A stretch of DNA of 63,910 nt, filler included, from Octopus bimaculoides (GCF_001194135.2; 5 parts of 5 records of this genome joined end to end with filler, not necessarily neighbours in it), one strand, 5' to 3'. Numbered from the whole stretch's first letter, positions 27,160 to 40,913 are shown. Notes: generated by a model not told the origin, from the letters alone. Made by a program: numbers and translations.

Positions 27160-29125
27160 GAGAGAAAATTGTGATGTCATAGGAGAGAAATGTGTCTGCA
27201 TGAATGATGGTTCACTTACATTTAATGATTCTGCAAAGAAAGAGGCTTGGAAATGCCATTATGAAAGGCTGCTAAATGTGGAGAATGAATGGGAGAAGGA
27301 GAGTCTACCAAATGTTGAACCAACTGAGGGACCAGGTATTTGAATCGACAGTAGGTTGGTAGATAAAGCAATTAAAGATATGAAGATGGAGAAAGCCCAC
27401 AGCCCATCAGGAATCAGTGCTGAGATGCTTAAAATATCCGGCAGAGTAGGATATGGCCTAGTCACCTGTATAATTAATCAGGTTGTCTATGAGGGAGTCA
27501 TACCCAACAATTGGTGTAGCAGCATTATAGTCAACTGCTACAAAAGGCAAAGGAGATGCCTTAGACAGAAATAATTATTGAGGCATCAGATTGCTGGATC
27601 ACTTGATGGAAGTTACAGAAAGGGTCATAGCTCAATTAATTAGGAAGAGAGTCTAGATGAGATGCAGTTTGGATTTGTGTGAGACAACTGCAGGAGAAAT
27701 ATTTAGCAGGAGAAATATTTAGCCAAAAAATAAACCTCTATACTTGGATTTTGTCATCATGGAGAAAGCCTTTGACAGAGTCCCTTGTTCCTTTATCTGA
27801 TGATCAATGTGAAAGCTAGGTATAGATGTGTGGTTAGTGAGTGCGGTACATTCTATGTACAGAGATGCTGCCAGTAAGGTGAAGGTCGGCAATGAGTATA
27901 ACAATGAATTCAGTGTTCGGGTAGGAGTCCACCAAGGCTCAGCTCTCAGCCGCACCTGTTTATCTTAGTCCGCCAAGCCTTAACAGAGGAATTCAAGTCC
28001 AGCTGTCCCTGGAAGCTCCTCTATGCTGATAACCTTGTTCTTATAGCCAAATCACTACCTGACCTAGAGACGAAATTTCAGATGTGGAAGCAAGGTCTGG
28101 AATCTAAGTAGGAAAACAGACAAATCACAAATCCCTTCTGGGAGATGATTCTCCTCAATATGTAAGAAGGGTGTAGATAGAAACTCTATACACTGTACCC
28201 AGTGCAAGCTTTGGACACGTAAGAGGTGCAGCAGTATCAAAGGAAGGTTGACAGAGAATATTGTCTTTGTATGTGGCAAATGTGCAGGTACAATGAGCAC
28301 TAAAAAAATATGCAGACAATAGGCTCCCTCAAATGCTCAGATGGATCATTAGAAGTAGTAGATAGCTTCTGTTACCTATGAGATGAAGTTAGCAGTGGGG
28401 GAGGGAGTTCTAAAAGTGTAGTTGCTAGGATAAGAACAGGCTGGGCAAAGTTCAGAGAGCTACTACATTTGTTGATAACTAAGGGCCCCTCCCTCAGAGT
28501 GAAAAGCAGATTGTATGATGCCTATATACAAGCAGCTATGTTATATGGCAATGAAACATGTGCTTTGGCTACAGAGGAAATGTGAAGGCTTGAAAGAAAT
28601 GAAGCTAGTATGTTCCACTGAATGGGTTATATCAGTGTGCATGCACAAGAGAGTGTAAATGATATAAGAGGCATCAGATGTGTGCAAGAGAGAAGACTGT
28701 GCTGGTTTGGTCATGTGATGTGTATGGATGAGGACAGCTGTATGAAGTGGTGAGCTTTAATTGTGGAGGGTACCTGTGGAAGGGAAAAATCAGGAAGACA
28801 TGGTAGGAAGTGGGGAAAAAGGATATTCAGATGTTGGGTCTCACTGAGGAAATGACGGGACAGGGAGATGTGTCGATTTGCTGTATTTGATAAGACATGT
28901 CAAGCTAAGTAAAATTGTCCTTTCAAGTGCCGGTGCCACTTAAAAAGCATCTGTGCTGGTGGCACATAAAGAGCACCCAGTGGTTGGCATTAGGAAGAGC
29001 ATCCAGCTGTAGAAACCATGCCACAACAGACAGTTGGAGTCTGAACAGCTCCCTGCTAGCCATCTCCATATCAAACCATTTCACCCATGCCAGTATGGAA
29101 AGCAGGCATAAAACATTGATGATGA
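27160..29125 (+). mobile_element. RTE-like LINE, 5'-truncated and decayed, with PHD-like finger and (GAT)n tail
   Basis: AWKCHYERLLNVENEW, KAIKDMKMEKAHSPSGISAEMLK, LDEMQFGF, HQGSALS and LLYADNL are present. The 3' UTR is shared with 43000-43290. Confidence 0.85.
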
Positions 29126-29201
29126 TATATATAGTGTTGCATCACTTTGAAAAGATTCACAGGGTTTCTTTGTAATTATTTTGTTTTTTACCTGCTTATA
29201 G

Positions 29202-29293
29202 AGCTGGAGTTATTCATCATCTTTTGGTACGACATTAGCTCGTATGTCTTGTCTGAAAACTGGAATGAATACTTTGATTGAAAAGGAAACCTT
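29202..29293 (+). CDS. Candidate coding exon A of an unidentified plus-strand gene
   Basis: ttttacctgcttatAG|agc tgg...gaa acc tt|GTgagt; the open frame reads SWSYSSSFGTTLARMSCLKTGMNTLIEKET; it ends in phase 2, compatible with exon B. Confidence 0.5.
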
Positions 29294-30523
29294 GTGAGTA
29301 AATTAATATTGAGTTTGTATGATTAAAAATCTATCGTAATTTAATAATTCATTTGGAAGTTACTTGCTATAATCATTCAGACTTCTCAACTTTTCTTTTA
29401 TCTCTTACAACTTATGCATATGGTACTCAAGATCCTATACACAATTCATACTACAAATATAGACTTGGATAGGTTTATTTTTATAAACTCCATTTTGTAA
29501 TAGATTTACCCTATCAACTGTTTCTTTGTTATCTCTTCTTTGTCTACTGATCTTTAGATCTTAACAGATATTTGAAGTTGAATCATTTCCCTTTTCAACA
29601 TGAGCAGCCAAAATATTGACCGTGATATCGTGGCACATGAATACATGCATCTCATTATTGGCCACCAAATGTCCTTGTTTATAAATTGCCTAGTAGCTAC
29701 ATTTCATATCAGTTGCATCTTGTATGATCACAAGAAGTAAATGTGTTCACATGAATTTTCCCATGATTTTGTGAATCTAAATCACCACCAATGACACAGA
29801 AAGTTTTAAGCTGATCAGCTAACATCCGAATTATTAGATTCTCATGAGGAGAGTGAGCAGGGTGATAATTATGAGTTTTGCAAAATTATATCATGTTTGG
29901 TGTCAAAATCAAATTCAGCAAGAGTACTCACTATATTTACCTCATGCAGAATGTTCCTTGGCTCTCATGGCTGGTAGAGGGAAAACTGGCATTCAATAAA
30001 AGTATTTATAGCTCATCCTGGTGGGGATGAGAGAAATTTTAAAAAGTTATTTGGGGAGTACCAGGCCCTTTACAAGGCCCAGTTCTACAATGGCTGCCAT
30101 ACCACCCACCTCCCAGTTAAAGCTAGTACATTATCATCCGATGTGATAATACTAACTATATTTCTATGCACATTTCCATCATTATCATTCAGTTCAGAAT
30201 CATTTCCTCTTTCAAAATCACAGACCATTTCACTTAAAAAATTACGAAACTTATAATCAAAGACTTGTTCCAGCAAAAATTTCTTGCTATTTGACCAGTA
30301 TTGCATGCTGTGGATGAGAAAGATCCACAAATAAGAATGATAAAATCTACTAAGTATATCCTGTGCTCAGCTAATTGATCAGAGATTGATCTCTGATCAA
30401 CAAAGAATCAACTTTCATTCACACAATACCGCAAGGACACACCAATATGCTGGGGATATCAAAACATTTCTAGTATGTTAAAAAATATTTATTAGAGACA
30501 GAGGCAGTATTAATACAGAGTTG

Positions 30524-30889
30524 ATATTTATTCTCACATAAATATGGATGTTCTGTTAGAACAAACTATATTGTGGTAGTTACCATGAGAGCAACCCTCA
30601 TACTGACTTTCGGTGCAGAATGCTCTTTTGTTTATATTGCTAGTGGGGAGATAAATCACCACCATTTCTAGTGCCAAGACCACCAGATCATGTGATTTTG
30701 ATCTTCCTTGGTCTTTCCAATGATGGACACTCAACCACTAGAGATAGCAGCGATTCATCTCCCCACCAGCTATATATAGAAACAAGTGTGCATTTTGCAC
30801 CAAACACCGATATGTAAGTTGCTCTCATGGTAATTACCACAGTATAGTTTGTTCTAACAGAACATCTATATTTAAGTGGGAATAAATAT
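30524..30889. mobile_element. Fold-back (MITE-like) element with about 150-bp inverted arms
   Basis: 'aaatatggatgttctgttagaacaaactatattgtggtagttaccatgagagcaac' against the reverse complement of 'gttgctctcatggtaattaccacagtatagtttgttctaacagaacatctatattt'. Confidence 0.8.
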
Positions 30890-31960
30890 TTCTCGTATAT
30901 GATTCTGAAAATTGTTAAGTTTGCAATGCAGCGGTGTATATGAGGAGATGAGAAGATGATAATGTGATCGGTAATCTTGGTATAACAGACCATTTAGTGG
31001 TGTGTATTACTAATGAATACTTAAGATAGAATTATGCATTGTATCCAGAATATTTCTGTAGAATACTTGTTGAATGAGAAAGACATTAGGTTGTGCAGCT
31101 CTGTGTTGATGAACAGGTGTAATTTTTCTAAATCTTATCACTAATTAGAAGAGATAATGAAATAAAGATACAAGACTTTGAGCTGTCTTTCAGTTTAGAT
31201 ATTGTAACTGAGTCAAGAACAACAAACATCCTTTCTGTTTGATTATATCATTGTATATCACTGAATGATTCCCAAGATATGATGCAACTGAACACAGGAG
31301 TATCCCAGTTCATGTCCTAATGCCAGTAAAATCCTATAACTACATAGGAGTTGGGATGGGAGCACAGACCTAAATGATCAGATAATCGAACTTCAAAAAT
31401 GCCATCGTCACTATAAATGGTTTAGGAAATGTTCAAAAAGGTTTTTCGTGTGAGCAATATATAATGCCTATATGCAGATGGGGGTTTGTGGTTCTTCATA
31501 TTTGCTGAGGCTCTATGTGAAGAATTTGAAGCACTACTTTGAGCAAAACAGATAAAATTTTCTCAGTGATTATGAAAGTTGTGAGATGGCAACAACAGGA
31601 TCTTCAACATGATGTTTGAGAAGGCTATCATGTCTAAGAGAACAAATAGTGATGCAAGAGACAAGGGCTCACCTAAGAGATACAAGACAGTGTATTGGTG
31701 TCATTTCTGAGGAATATTACTGCATTGGAAGTCTAGTTGAAAATTGTTTGTGTGATTGACTCATAAAAAATATTAATATAAACCTTATTTTATTTTTTAA
31801 TTTGATCCATGAACCCAATATAAAGACTGTAAAATACTTGGTGATTATGTGATTAATATAGAAAATCAGATGATGGCTGTATTATAAATTTGAAGATATT
31901 ACTTAAGTCTTTTTTATTTTTATTTTGCATCTTTGTGGTGTTCAGTATTTTGACTTTCTA

Positions 31961-32660
31961 TGAGGGTTGTCTGAAAATCCAAGATACTCTCATGAAATGT
32001 GACCAAATGAGGTTTATTTTTCAACATAGTTCTTGCATTAGTGTTGCAGTGCTTGGATTCTATTGGTGAAGAAGCTTTCATCCTATTGGTCAAAAAAGTC
32101 TTCAACAGTAGATATGACATCATCATCACTGCAATACTAGTTTCCTGCCAAATGTTTTTTTTTATGTTGGGGAACAGATGATAGTCAGATGGGGTCAAGT
32201 CAGGAGAGTAAGGACAGTGATCAACCAGTTCAAAGCCAGTCACACACAGCAGCCATTGAAACTAAGGAGTTGTGTACTGGAGCATTGTCCTGGTGAAACA
32301 AGACCTCTTTCATTAGTTTTCCTAGGCATTTGGTTTTGATAGTTTCTTGTAACTGCTTCAGTAAGTTGGCATAGTACTCTCCATTGATGGTGTGGCCCTT
32401 TTGAAGATAGTCAATAAATACAATGCCTTGTGCATCCCCCAAAACTGAGGCCATCACTTTCCCAGTAGATGAAACAATTTTGGCTTTCTTTAGAGCAGGT
32501 GAGGAGGGGTGTTTCCACTGCATAGATTGTTTCTTTGTCTCTGACTCAAAATGACGAAGCCAACACTAATCCTGGGTTGGGAAACATTCAAGGAAACCAG
32601 CTGGATTTGCCTGAAACACTGTCGGATTTTCTCATGATGTGATCAGCCAGGTGTGCTTTT
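31961..32660 (-). mobile_element. Mariner transposase remnant
   Basis: QWKHPSSP..KKAK..STGKVMASV..D..GIVFIDYLQKGHTINGEYY, LFHQDNAPVH, PYSPDLTPSDYHLF; one TIR-like end 'ta|tgagggttgtctgaaa'. Confidence 0.9.
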
Positions 32661-33927
32661 GATCAGGTGATTTAAAAATCTATTTTGAGTAAAATTACTA
32701 ATTAGTTGGAACCCATTCTTTCAAAAAATACCAGCACCAACATACAGAAATTAGGAAGTCTTTGGAAGCTTATTTGAGGATATTTATACATAAATATATA
32801 AATCACCAGCAAAAATTACAAGAAAATAAAACAAAGATACTCATCATAATTATCATTCAATGTCCGTTTTCCATGCTAGCATGGTTTGGATTGGTGACAG
32901 GACTGCATCAAGCTCCCATGTCAATTTTGGCATGGTTTCTACAACCTGATGCCCTTCCTAACACCAACCACTTTGCATTCAGAAGAATATGATGGGACTA
33001 ATAAAAGGAGTTAAGAGCTACATGTAATTTCATCAGTAGTAGAGTTATACTACAGAAAATGATAGATGACTATGTGGTAAGAAGCTTGTTTCCCAACCAC
33101 ATGTTTGGGTTCAGTCCCACTGTGTGGCACCTTGGGTAAGTGTCTTCTACTATAGCCTCAGGCTGACCAAAACCTCGTTAGTAGATTTGGTAGATGGAAA
33201 CTGAAAGAAGCCTTTCATTTATGTATAAATATATATCTATGTGTGTGTGTGTGTGTCTTTGTGGTTGTATTTGTCCTCCACTGCTTGACAACTGATGTTG
33301 GTGTGTTTATGTCCCTGTAACTTAACATTTCGGCAAAAAGAGACTGATACATTAAGTGCCAGGCTTTAAAGAAAATAAGTATTGGGGATAACTAAAAATC
33401 CTTTAAGGTGGTGTCCCAGCATAGCTGCAGCCTAATGACTGAAAATTGTAAAAGATAAAAGGTAAACGAGAAAATAAGGTAATTCCATAAAATCAGCAAA
33501 TAGTCATATAAGTAGAAGTGAATACAATGTGAAGGAAACTTGGTGTAAGAAAGACTTTAACTACATGCTTAATAAAATGTGACCTGAATGCTATTCTAAC
33601 AATATACCCTGGACATATAGTATCAATGTCCTTGAAATCTTAGTGGAGATAAACAGAGACATTGCAAAAATAAAAATAAAAATGCAAAGAACATAGTCTC
33701 TCAATTAACAATAGCTTTGAGTGTACAAACTGTATACCACTTGATAGAAAATCTCTTCTCCAGAAGCACTATGGCTTCTATAATGAATATCAGATAAGAG
33801 GAAAGAATAAGAATAAGGAGTACAGCACAGTAGTTTGTACAGTCTTGGTGGATTACAAAAAAATGCATTTTGGTTCCTATTCATAATGCTAATGATAATA
33901 CAACTCACTGATATTCTCAGAAAATTA

Positions 33928-36293
33928 CAGTAGAACCTTGCAGTATGAATGCATCATTATAGGAGTAATTTGCTGTACAAGCCAAGGCTCGTGTGAATTT
34001 TAGTCTTGATGTACAAGTGGAAATTGCCAGTATGTGTGTGTTTCATACAAGTGACCGCTAGTTGGCGTTGAGCTCACATATGTTCCCCCAACAAGCGCAG
34101 TCTCCACTCACTTAGTTCACATGTTTATCTCATGACACCATTCCTATTGTGTTTTTCCCAGTGGGTTTTTAGTTTTGTGCATTTTTTTTGCTATTATTTT
34201 ATTATAAACAGTTAATGTTAGCCATGGATCCTAAGAAGGTTAGTGCAAAGGACAGTGCTGAAAAGAAAAAGCTGTTTACAGTAGAAATAAAGGAGGAAAT
34301 CATTAATAAACATGAGAGAGGAGTGCATGTAGGGGACATAGCACATCAATACAACCAAAGCAAGTCAATGACCTGCACCATCCTGACAATAAAGGATGCG
34401 ATCAAAGCCATTACAACAGCAAAGGGTGTCTCCAGGCTATCCAAGCAACATATATCTGTCCACAAAGGGATGGAAAAATTGCTTCTCCTATGGATTAACG
34501 AAAAGCAACTTGCAGAGGATATGATTATGGAGACCATCATCTGCGAGAAAGCACAAGTGCTGTATGGGGATCTTCTGAAGCAGAACCCTGGAACATCAAT
34601 GGAGGAGACATCAGCAGATGCATTTAAGGCCAGTTGTGGCTGATTCGATAATTTCAAGAAGAGAACTGGTGTTTATAGCGTCATCAGGTATGGAAAAGCA
34701 GCGAGTTCTGACATGAAGGCAGCTGAGGATTTCATGTGTGAATTCCATCAACTCATTGCAGCCAAGGAGTGCATCACACAACAGCTATTCAACTGTGATG
34801 AAATTGGCCTTTTAAGGGAAAAAATGTCCAGAAGAACCTTCGTAATTACAGAGAAGAAAATGCCAGGCCACAAGCCTATGAAAGATAGGCTAACTCTTGC
34901 CCTTTGTCCCAATGCAAGTAGAAGCTTGAAGATTAAGCTGCTCCTTGTCTACCATTCTGAAAAACCACAAGCGTTCAAGTCACACAAAGTCTTGAAGGAG
35001 AAGCTGCAGGTCCTGTGGAAGGCCTGAATCACCAGGCAATTCTTCACTGAGTGGATCAATCTTGTCTTTGGACTAGCAGTGAGAAAGTACCTTCTGGAGG
35101 ATGATCTTCCTCTCAAGGCCCTCCTAACCCCAAAGATGATATTCTGGACAAATTTAAATTCATAAAAGTTCTGTACCTTTCACACAATACTACCCCTATC
35201 TTACATCCCATGGACCAATAGGTGATTTCTAATTTTAAGAAATTGTATACCAAACACCTGTTTTGTCAGTGCTTTGAAGTCACTGAAAATACAAATCTAA
35301 CCCTTCGTGAGTTTTGGAAGGAGCACTTACAACATTGTTAACTGCTTGAAAATCATCAATATGGCCTGGCAGGGTGTAATGAGGAGAACGCTGAATTCTG
35401 CATGATGGAAGCTGTGGCATGACTGCATATCTGAAAGAGACTTTGAGGAGTTTGAGTCTGAGACACTTGTGGTTGAGGAGATAGTGTCTCTTAGCAAACC
35501 CGTGGGCCTCAAGGTTGACAATGGGGACATTAATGATCTTATTGAGGAACACTCAGAGGAGCTGATAACAGATGAACTCCTGCAGCTTCAGGAACAGTAG
35601 CATTCAGATGTGGTGGAAGAGATTTGTTCCCCAGAGAACATTGTAGCAGAGAAGGCTATCTCTACAAGTGACATGAAGGCAGTGTTGGCAAAGTTGCAGT
35701 ATGCTTTTGAATTTGTAGAAAAAAATTATTCTGAAAAAGTATCTATAGGTTGTGAAGCTGCTTTATTTAATGACACTCTTCTGGTGCATTTTTGTAACAT
35801 TTTGAAAGGCTGGAAAAAGCAGACTTCTCTTGATATTTTTGTAATGAAACAACCTGCAAGTGTGAAAAGTGAAGACAGTGTGTTCAAAAAGCCTAAGTTA
35901 AGCAAAGTGACAGAGAAAACGCCGGAAATTGTTCTTCCTGAAGTTTTAATGAAAGGAGATTCTCCTTCCAAACAATGATGCTCCTGCTCCCCACTCCATT
36001 GTTTTCCTCATGCACAAATCATCCCATCTTTAAGGTAATTAAATTAATAAAACCAATTTACATATTTCTTTTGCATTCTCTTTTATTATGTTTTTATAAT
36101 TGTCATTTTCCTTGTAACTGCACCTTTTCTGTTTTAAAACCCAAGAATTTTTTTTTTTTTGTGGTGGGTGGGGGGCTGGAGAATATTAATATTTTAGTTA
36201 ATTTCAATGGGGAAAAATGATTTGTAAAACAAGTAAATCATAAAATGAGCTCAGTCATGGAACGAATTAAACTCGTACTGCAATGTATCACTG
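33928..36293 (+). mobile_element. Tigger/pogo-family DNA transposon, near full length, transposase disrupted
   Basis: TA|CAGTAGAACCTTGCAGTA...TACTGCAATGTATCACTG|TA gives imperfect TIRs with a TA TSD. The coding remnant from 34224 (MDPKKVSAK...MEKLLLLWINEKQLA...FNCDEIGL...KPMKDRLTL...LHPMDQ) resembles CENP-B HTH plus DDE of TIGD1-type proteins. Confidence 0.9.
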
Positions 36294-37495
36294 TACTTAG
36301 TTTATAGCTCTTCCTTATAGCAGGTCAGGCCTTGAACACAGCCTAGCTTGACACTTTCATTTTCTTTTTTCTCTTTCATTATCTTACTTTCTTTATCTTT
36401 CGCTCTACACGTTATCACTAATGCTCCTCCTGTGCCTTCATTACTTATTCTTTCATTATCTCCTCCCTTATATCATTCTAACTAGCTGATACACTTCTCA
36501 TTATCTCATGTTCTCTTTTCCTTTCTACATTTTAAAAATGACTTTTGTTTTTCTCTCTATCTTTATATAATTACTTTATACCTACCCCACTCAATGTTAC
36601 TATATATTTTTAGAAATTATTCCTTTCTTCAAATTTTCTTCCACTTCTGAGGTTGTTGTATTTTATTTGATGCATAAAGGTATCATGGTTCATGTACATT
36701 GATATCATATTTACTTATTTACTTTTGAGCAATATTGCTATGAAATTTTTACATAAAATTGCATAATAGTGTAATATCCACTATTCACAGAGTACATTGA
36801 AACAACCATAAAGTTATGATTACACCATTAAAATTATGTAACAATTCATGTAAATATATTCCATACACCTTTGGTTGTTTATTTGTCTCTTTATAGACAT
36901 ATGAGTATATACTCATACACACACACATATACATGTATGTGCATATACTTGTGTAGTTGTGCATCATTATTTTGACACAATGCAATAATTGTGACAGTCA
37001 TTATTATACAAGCACTGTCATTCAGTTCCAGTTTTCTGTGGGAACATGTCTGGTCATGGGGAAATATTATTTTGATTGGAAACAAGTGAGGATTGGCAAC
37101 AGGAAAAACATCCATTTGTAGAAATTCTGCCTCACCAAATTCCATCTGACCCATGCCAGCATAGAAAAGTTGACTTCAGAATGGCAATGATTATCACGAG
37201 AAGGAGGATATCTACATATATAGGTGTCTCATATTTATTACACATATTTATTAAAAATAGATGGCTTACTATATGAAACACAATTAGCATTGTCTGAATC
37301 CAATTAATTGGATACTAGCTCCTTTATTGGAAACATTTAAATAATAAAGATAAGCATGCACCAATGTTTGTTATTATGACAGTGTTTCACTCCAATAGAC
37401 ATCATTGTTTTGAACTTTATTCTTTTTTAACTTTATGGGTGTAATTCATATATTATTGTTTTCAGTATGTTTACATAACATTAATTCTTTTATAG

Positions 37496-37620
37496 TTTGA
37501 TAAATGCTGTAAAGAAGTCCACCAACACTGCTGTGTCTGTTTTTGACTTAATCGAATGTTGTCCAAGTGTGAAAGACATTGGTTTAAGTGGGGAAAAATT
37601 AAGAGAGTTATGTATGACAG
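37496..37620 (+). CDS. Candidate coding exon B of an unidentified plus-strand gene
   Basis: ttaattcttttatAG|t ttg ata...atg aca g|GTaagc; 41 open codons LINAVKKSTNTAVSVFDLIECCPSVKDIGLSGEKLRELCMT; phase 2 to phase 1. Confidence 0.7.
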
Positions 37621-38118
37621 GTAAGCTTTGTTTTTAATTGCCACTTTTTAAAATCAACTTCTATGGATATATGTACAATAAAAGGGTAAATTAGCCAAGA
37701 AAATTTATACTTAAAATAGCAATAATTTGAACTGGAATTACTAAACTATTTGCCACACATTCAAACTGAAACCACATCATATGGACAACTGTGACATGCA
37801 GACAGCCATTAAGTGCTGCAATGTGTCACATAGACTACATCTATAGCAAAGGCAGAAATGAGTATATCACATACATACTTAACAATGAAGATAATAACAT
37901 AATGAGATTTGATGAAGAGCTGCTGAAAAATACTCCACATTTGTACCTGTTGTACATGGATGAAGGATGGCAACACTAACCTACTTAATTAGAAACTTGG
38001 AAGAGAAATATTTATCATGCTACCTGAAAGTTGTATATTGGTACATATCCTACAAGCTAGAGATTCCAGTAACATTGACAGGAATAGTAGTTTTTCTGGA
38101 CCTGTGATAAGTATATTA

Positions 38119-39012
38119 CAAGATGGTATCAGAATATTCCTGGACTAGTTTTGTAGCATGCCAACAAATAGCAGCACATGGTTGTGTGCACAATGAGAGA
38201 TAGCAGGGACCTTCAGTGAACCAAGTGACAGTGCTGTGTTTACTTTGCAAGTTGTGAAATCTATGTTTTTCTGATCATGTGAAAACTGTTGCCAGTGATT
38301 TTGTCATGGACAGGAACAAAGAGCTAACATGAAATTTTGCGTTAAACTTGGCTAGTCTGCTATAGTAACATTGATCATGCTTCAGCAAGCTTGCAGTGAT
38401 GAGGCGATGGATCATACACAATGTTCCAAGTAGCACAGGTGCTTCAAAAGCAGAACATCCCTGGAAGACCTGCCATGAGCATCACCCTTGGAAATGTGGT
38501 ATTGTGCATTGAAAATTCATCCCCCAGGGCCAGACCTTCAATTGAAAGTTCTACTGTGATGTTTTGAAGCATTTGAGGGAGGACATTCCACAAAAGCAGC
38601 CGGATCTGTAGAGCGCAAAGAATTAGATTTTTCATAACAACAATGCACCCAATGACTGAGCTCTCCTCACTCATGAGTTTCTCACCAAAAACAACAGGGT
38701 ATCGCTTCCACACTCACCCTATTTGCCAGATTTAGCACCTGCTGACTTCCATCTCTTCCCCAAGATGAAAATGCAGCTCAAAGGTCACTGTCTTAACACC
38801 TTTGTTGGAATCCTGAGCGAATCACAAAAGGTCCTCAACTTACTTACGGAAAATGATTTCCAGGCTGGATTCCAAAAGTGGCAGGAACACTGGGACCAGT
38901 GTATTGCTGTGTAAGATGACCATTTTGAAGGCGATAATGTTAAAACTTAGGTAAATAAGTTATTTTTTTTATTAAACTTAACTAGTGCGAGAACCTTTTT
39001 GATACCACCTTG
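38119..39012 (+). mobile_element. Internally deleted mariner element
   Basis: TA|CAAGATGGTATCAGAA...TTTTTGATACCACCTTG|TA gives TIRs with a TA TSD; PDLAPADFHLFPKMKMQLKG and FQKWQEHWDQCI. Confidence 0.9.
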
Positions 39013-39079
39013 TACATCTCACCGAGAAGATTATGTCTTTGCTATCTGAGAACAGGAGATAGTTACTAAATATCTAATT

Positions 39080-39570
39080 AACAAGTTATAGATGTTCAAA
39101 AATGTCCACAAGATACTACCATTTCATGAAGTGTGACATTGCCACTAAGACAGGCTACAATGCTATATGCACAAAGGATTGTCCTGATGGCCATATCAAA
39201 GACACAGCAGAACTTGAAAGTATTCAAACCTTCAAAACTTATAGAATACTAGAGGAACATTCCAATAAGAACACAACACGCCAGATATAGCTGTATGAGA
39301 CAAGGGTCAAAATGTTGGGTATCATTGTAAAGAACAGTTTCCTGGCAGATGTAAATGTCTTTTTAAATACTGAGGATAAGGAGAACATCTATGGAGAGTT
39401 GATGGAAAGCCTCTAGCTCTTACATCCAGGCTATAGACTTCCATTTGTTCCTATTATCATAGATATACTGGGCTACATAACAGGAGTTCTGCATAGACAT
39501 GTAGAACTGCTCCAAAAAAGTACACAGCAAAATGATTTGCTGCCTCCAGACACAACTGATCTGAAGATCA
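39080..39570 (+). mobile_element. RLE-type LINE 3' fragment
   Basis: TTPDIAV...ADVNV...EDKENIYGELM...LHPGYRLPFVPIIIDILGYIT. Confidence 0.55.
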
Positions 39571-39807
39571 GTGAAAATTTGTGAAACATTTCAGGGATAC
39601 TCTGTTTCAGGTTCCTGGATGAACATATGCACACAATCACATATACATATGGCCACATATATTCAGGCACACAAACACATACACTTGTATACATTCGCAA
39701 CAGCACACATGTTTACACAGTTGAGAGGAAAGAAGGACAAAGAGGCAGCCTCAGTGAAATGTAGGATGAATGCTAACAACATCCATCATTTAAAATAATA
39801 TTTCTAC

Positions 39808-40015
39808 TCTCGGCACAAGGTCTTAAAAATTTTGGGGGAAGGGAGCCAGTCAATTATATCGACCCCAATGCGTAACTGATACTTATTTCATTGACCCTGA
39901 AAGCATGAAAGGCAAAGTCGACCTCAACAGAATTTGAACTCAGAACGTAGCGGCAGACGAAAAACCACTGAGTATTTCGCCTCGCATGCTAATGATTCTG
40001 CTAGCTCACCACCTT
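39808..40015 (-). mobile_element. SINE family A
   Basis: 'ctactctcggcacaagg...gacccaatgcgtaactgatacttatt...gcaaagtcgacctc..cagaatttgaactcagaac'. Confidence 0.75.
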
Positions 40016-40369
40016 ATCATTTATAATAATAATAACAGCTACAGTATAGTCTGCAGCACATATCAGAAAATGAAGACAGTAGTGCTCTTTACATTATTTT
40101 GTTAAGGTTATTTCTACAGAAATATTAGCCAGCACTGATTTTTTGCTACAATGTTTTTATCAAGACATCAGATGTAAGCAAACAATGAGATTAAAGACAA
40201 AAATGGGTAATGAGTGTATAAGCCATATTTTGGGGTTTTTTGCTCCTTCATCAACACCCATCTAACCCACTCTCACCTCTGAACACATTGCTTATACAGC
40301 CACTGCATACAACGGTGTTAAGTTATTGGATATACCAATTTACATATTAAGCGCATTCCTGGAGCTGAT

Positions 40370-40913
40370 ATTAATGTCTTGTAGGCATGTGGTATTTTGT
40401 TATGCAACCATAATATATTATAAAGTATATTAAGTGTATTTATAAGTCAGCACCATGTTCTACTGTGTTAGTAGTGCTCTTTACATTATTTTGTTAAGGT
40501 TATTTCTACAGAAATGTTAGCCAGCACTGATTTTTTGCTACAACATTTTGTATTGAGACGTCAGATATAAACAAATAATGAGATTAAGGACAAAAATGGG
40601 TAATGAGTGTATATGTTATATTTCAGGGGGTTTTGCAAGAGTGGGTTAGATGGGTGCTGATGAAGGGGCAAAAACCCCTGAAATATGGCATATACACTCA
40701 ATATCTATTTTTGTCTTTGATCTCATTGTTTACATCTGATGTCTTGATACGAAATGTTGTAGCAAAAAATCAGTGCTGCCTAATATTTCTGTAGAAAATA
40801 ATGTAAAGAACACTGCTGACACAGTAGAACATGGTGTTGACTTATGCATTTAATATACTTTATAGTATATTATAGCTGCGTAACAAAATACCATATGCCT
40901 ACAAGTCATTAAT
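40370..40913. mobile_element. Fold-back element with about 250-bp inverted arms and a 31-nt loop; partial copy at about 40075-40275
   Basis: Left arm 40370-40636 is the reverse complement of 40668-40913 with scattered mismatches and one indel; the loop is 'aagagtgggttagatgggtgctgatgaaggg'. Confidence 0.85.

Noticed and set aside
29811-33890. Extra plus-strand exons at about 29819, 31049 and 33765
   Set aside because: Short open frames exist, but the splice signals are weak or the phases do not fit between exons A and B.
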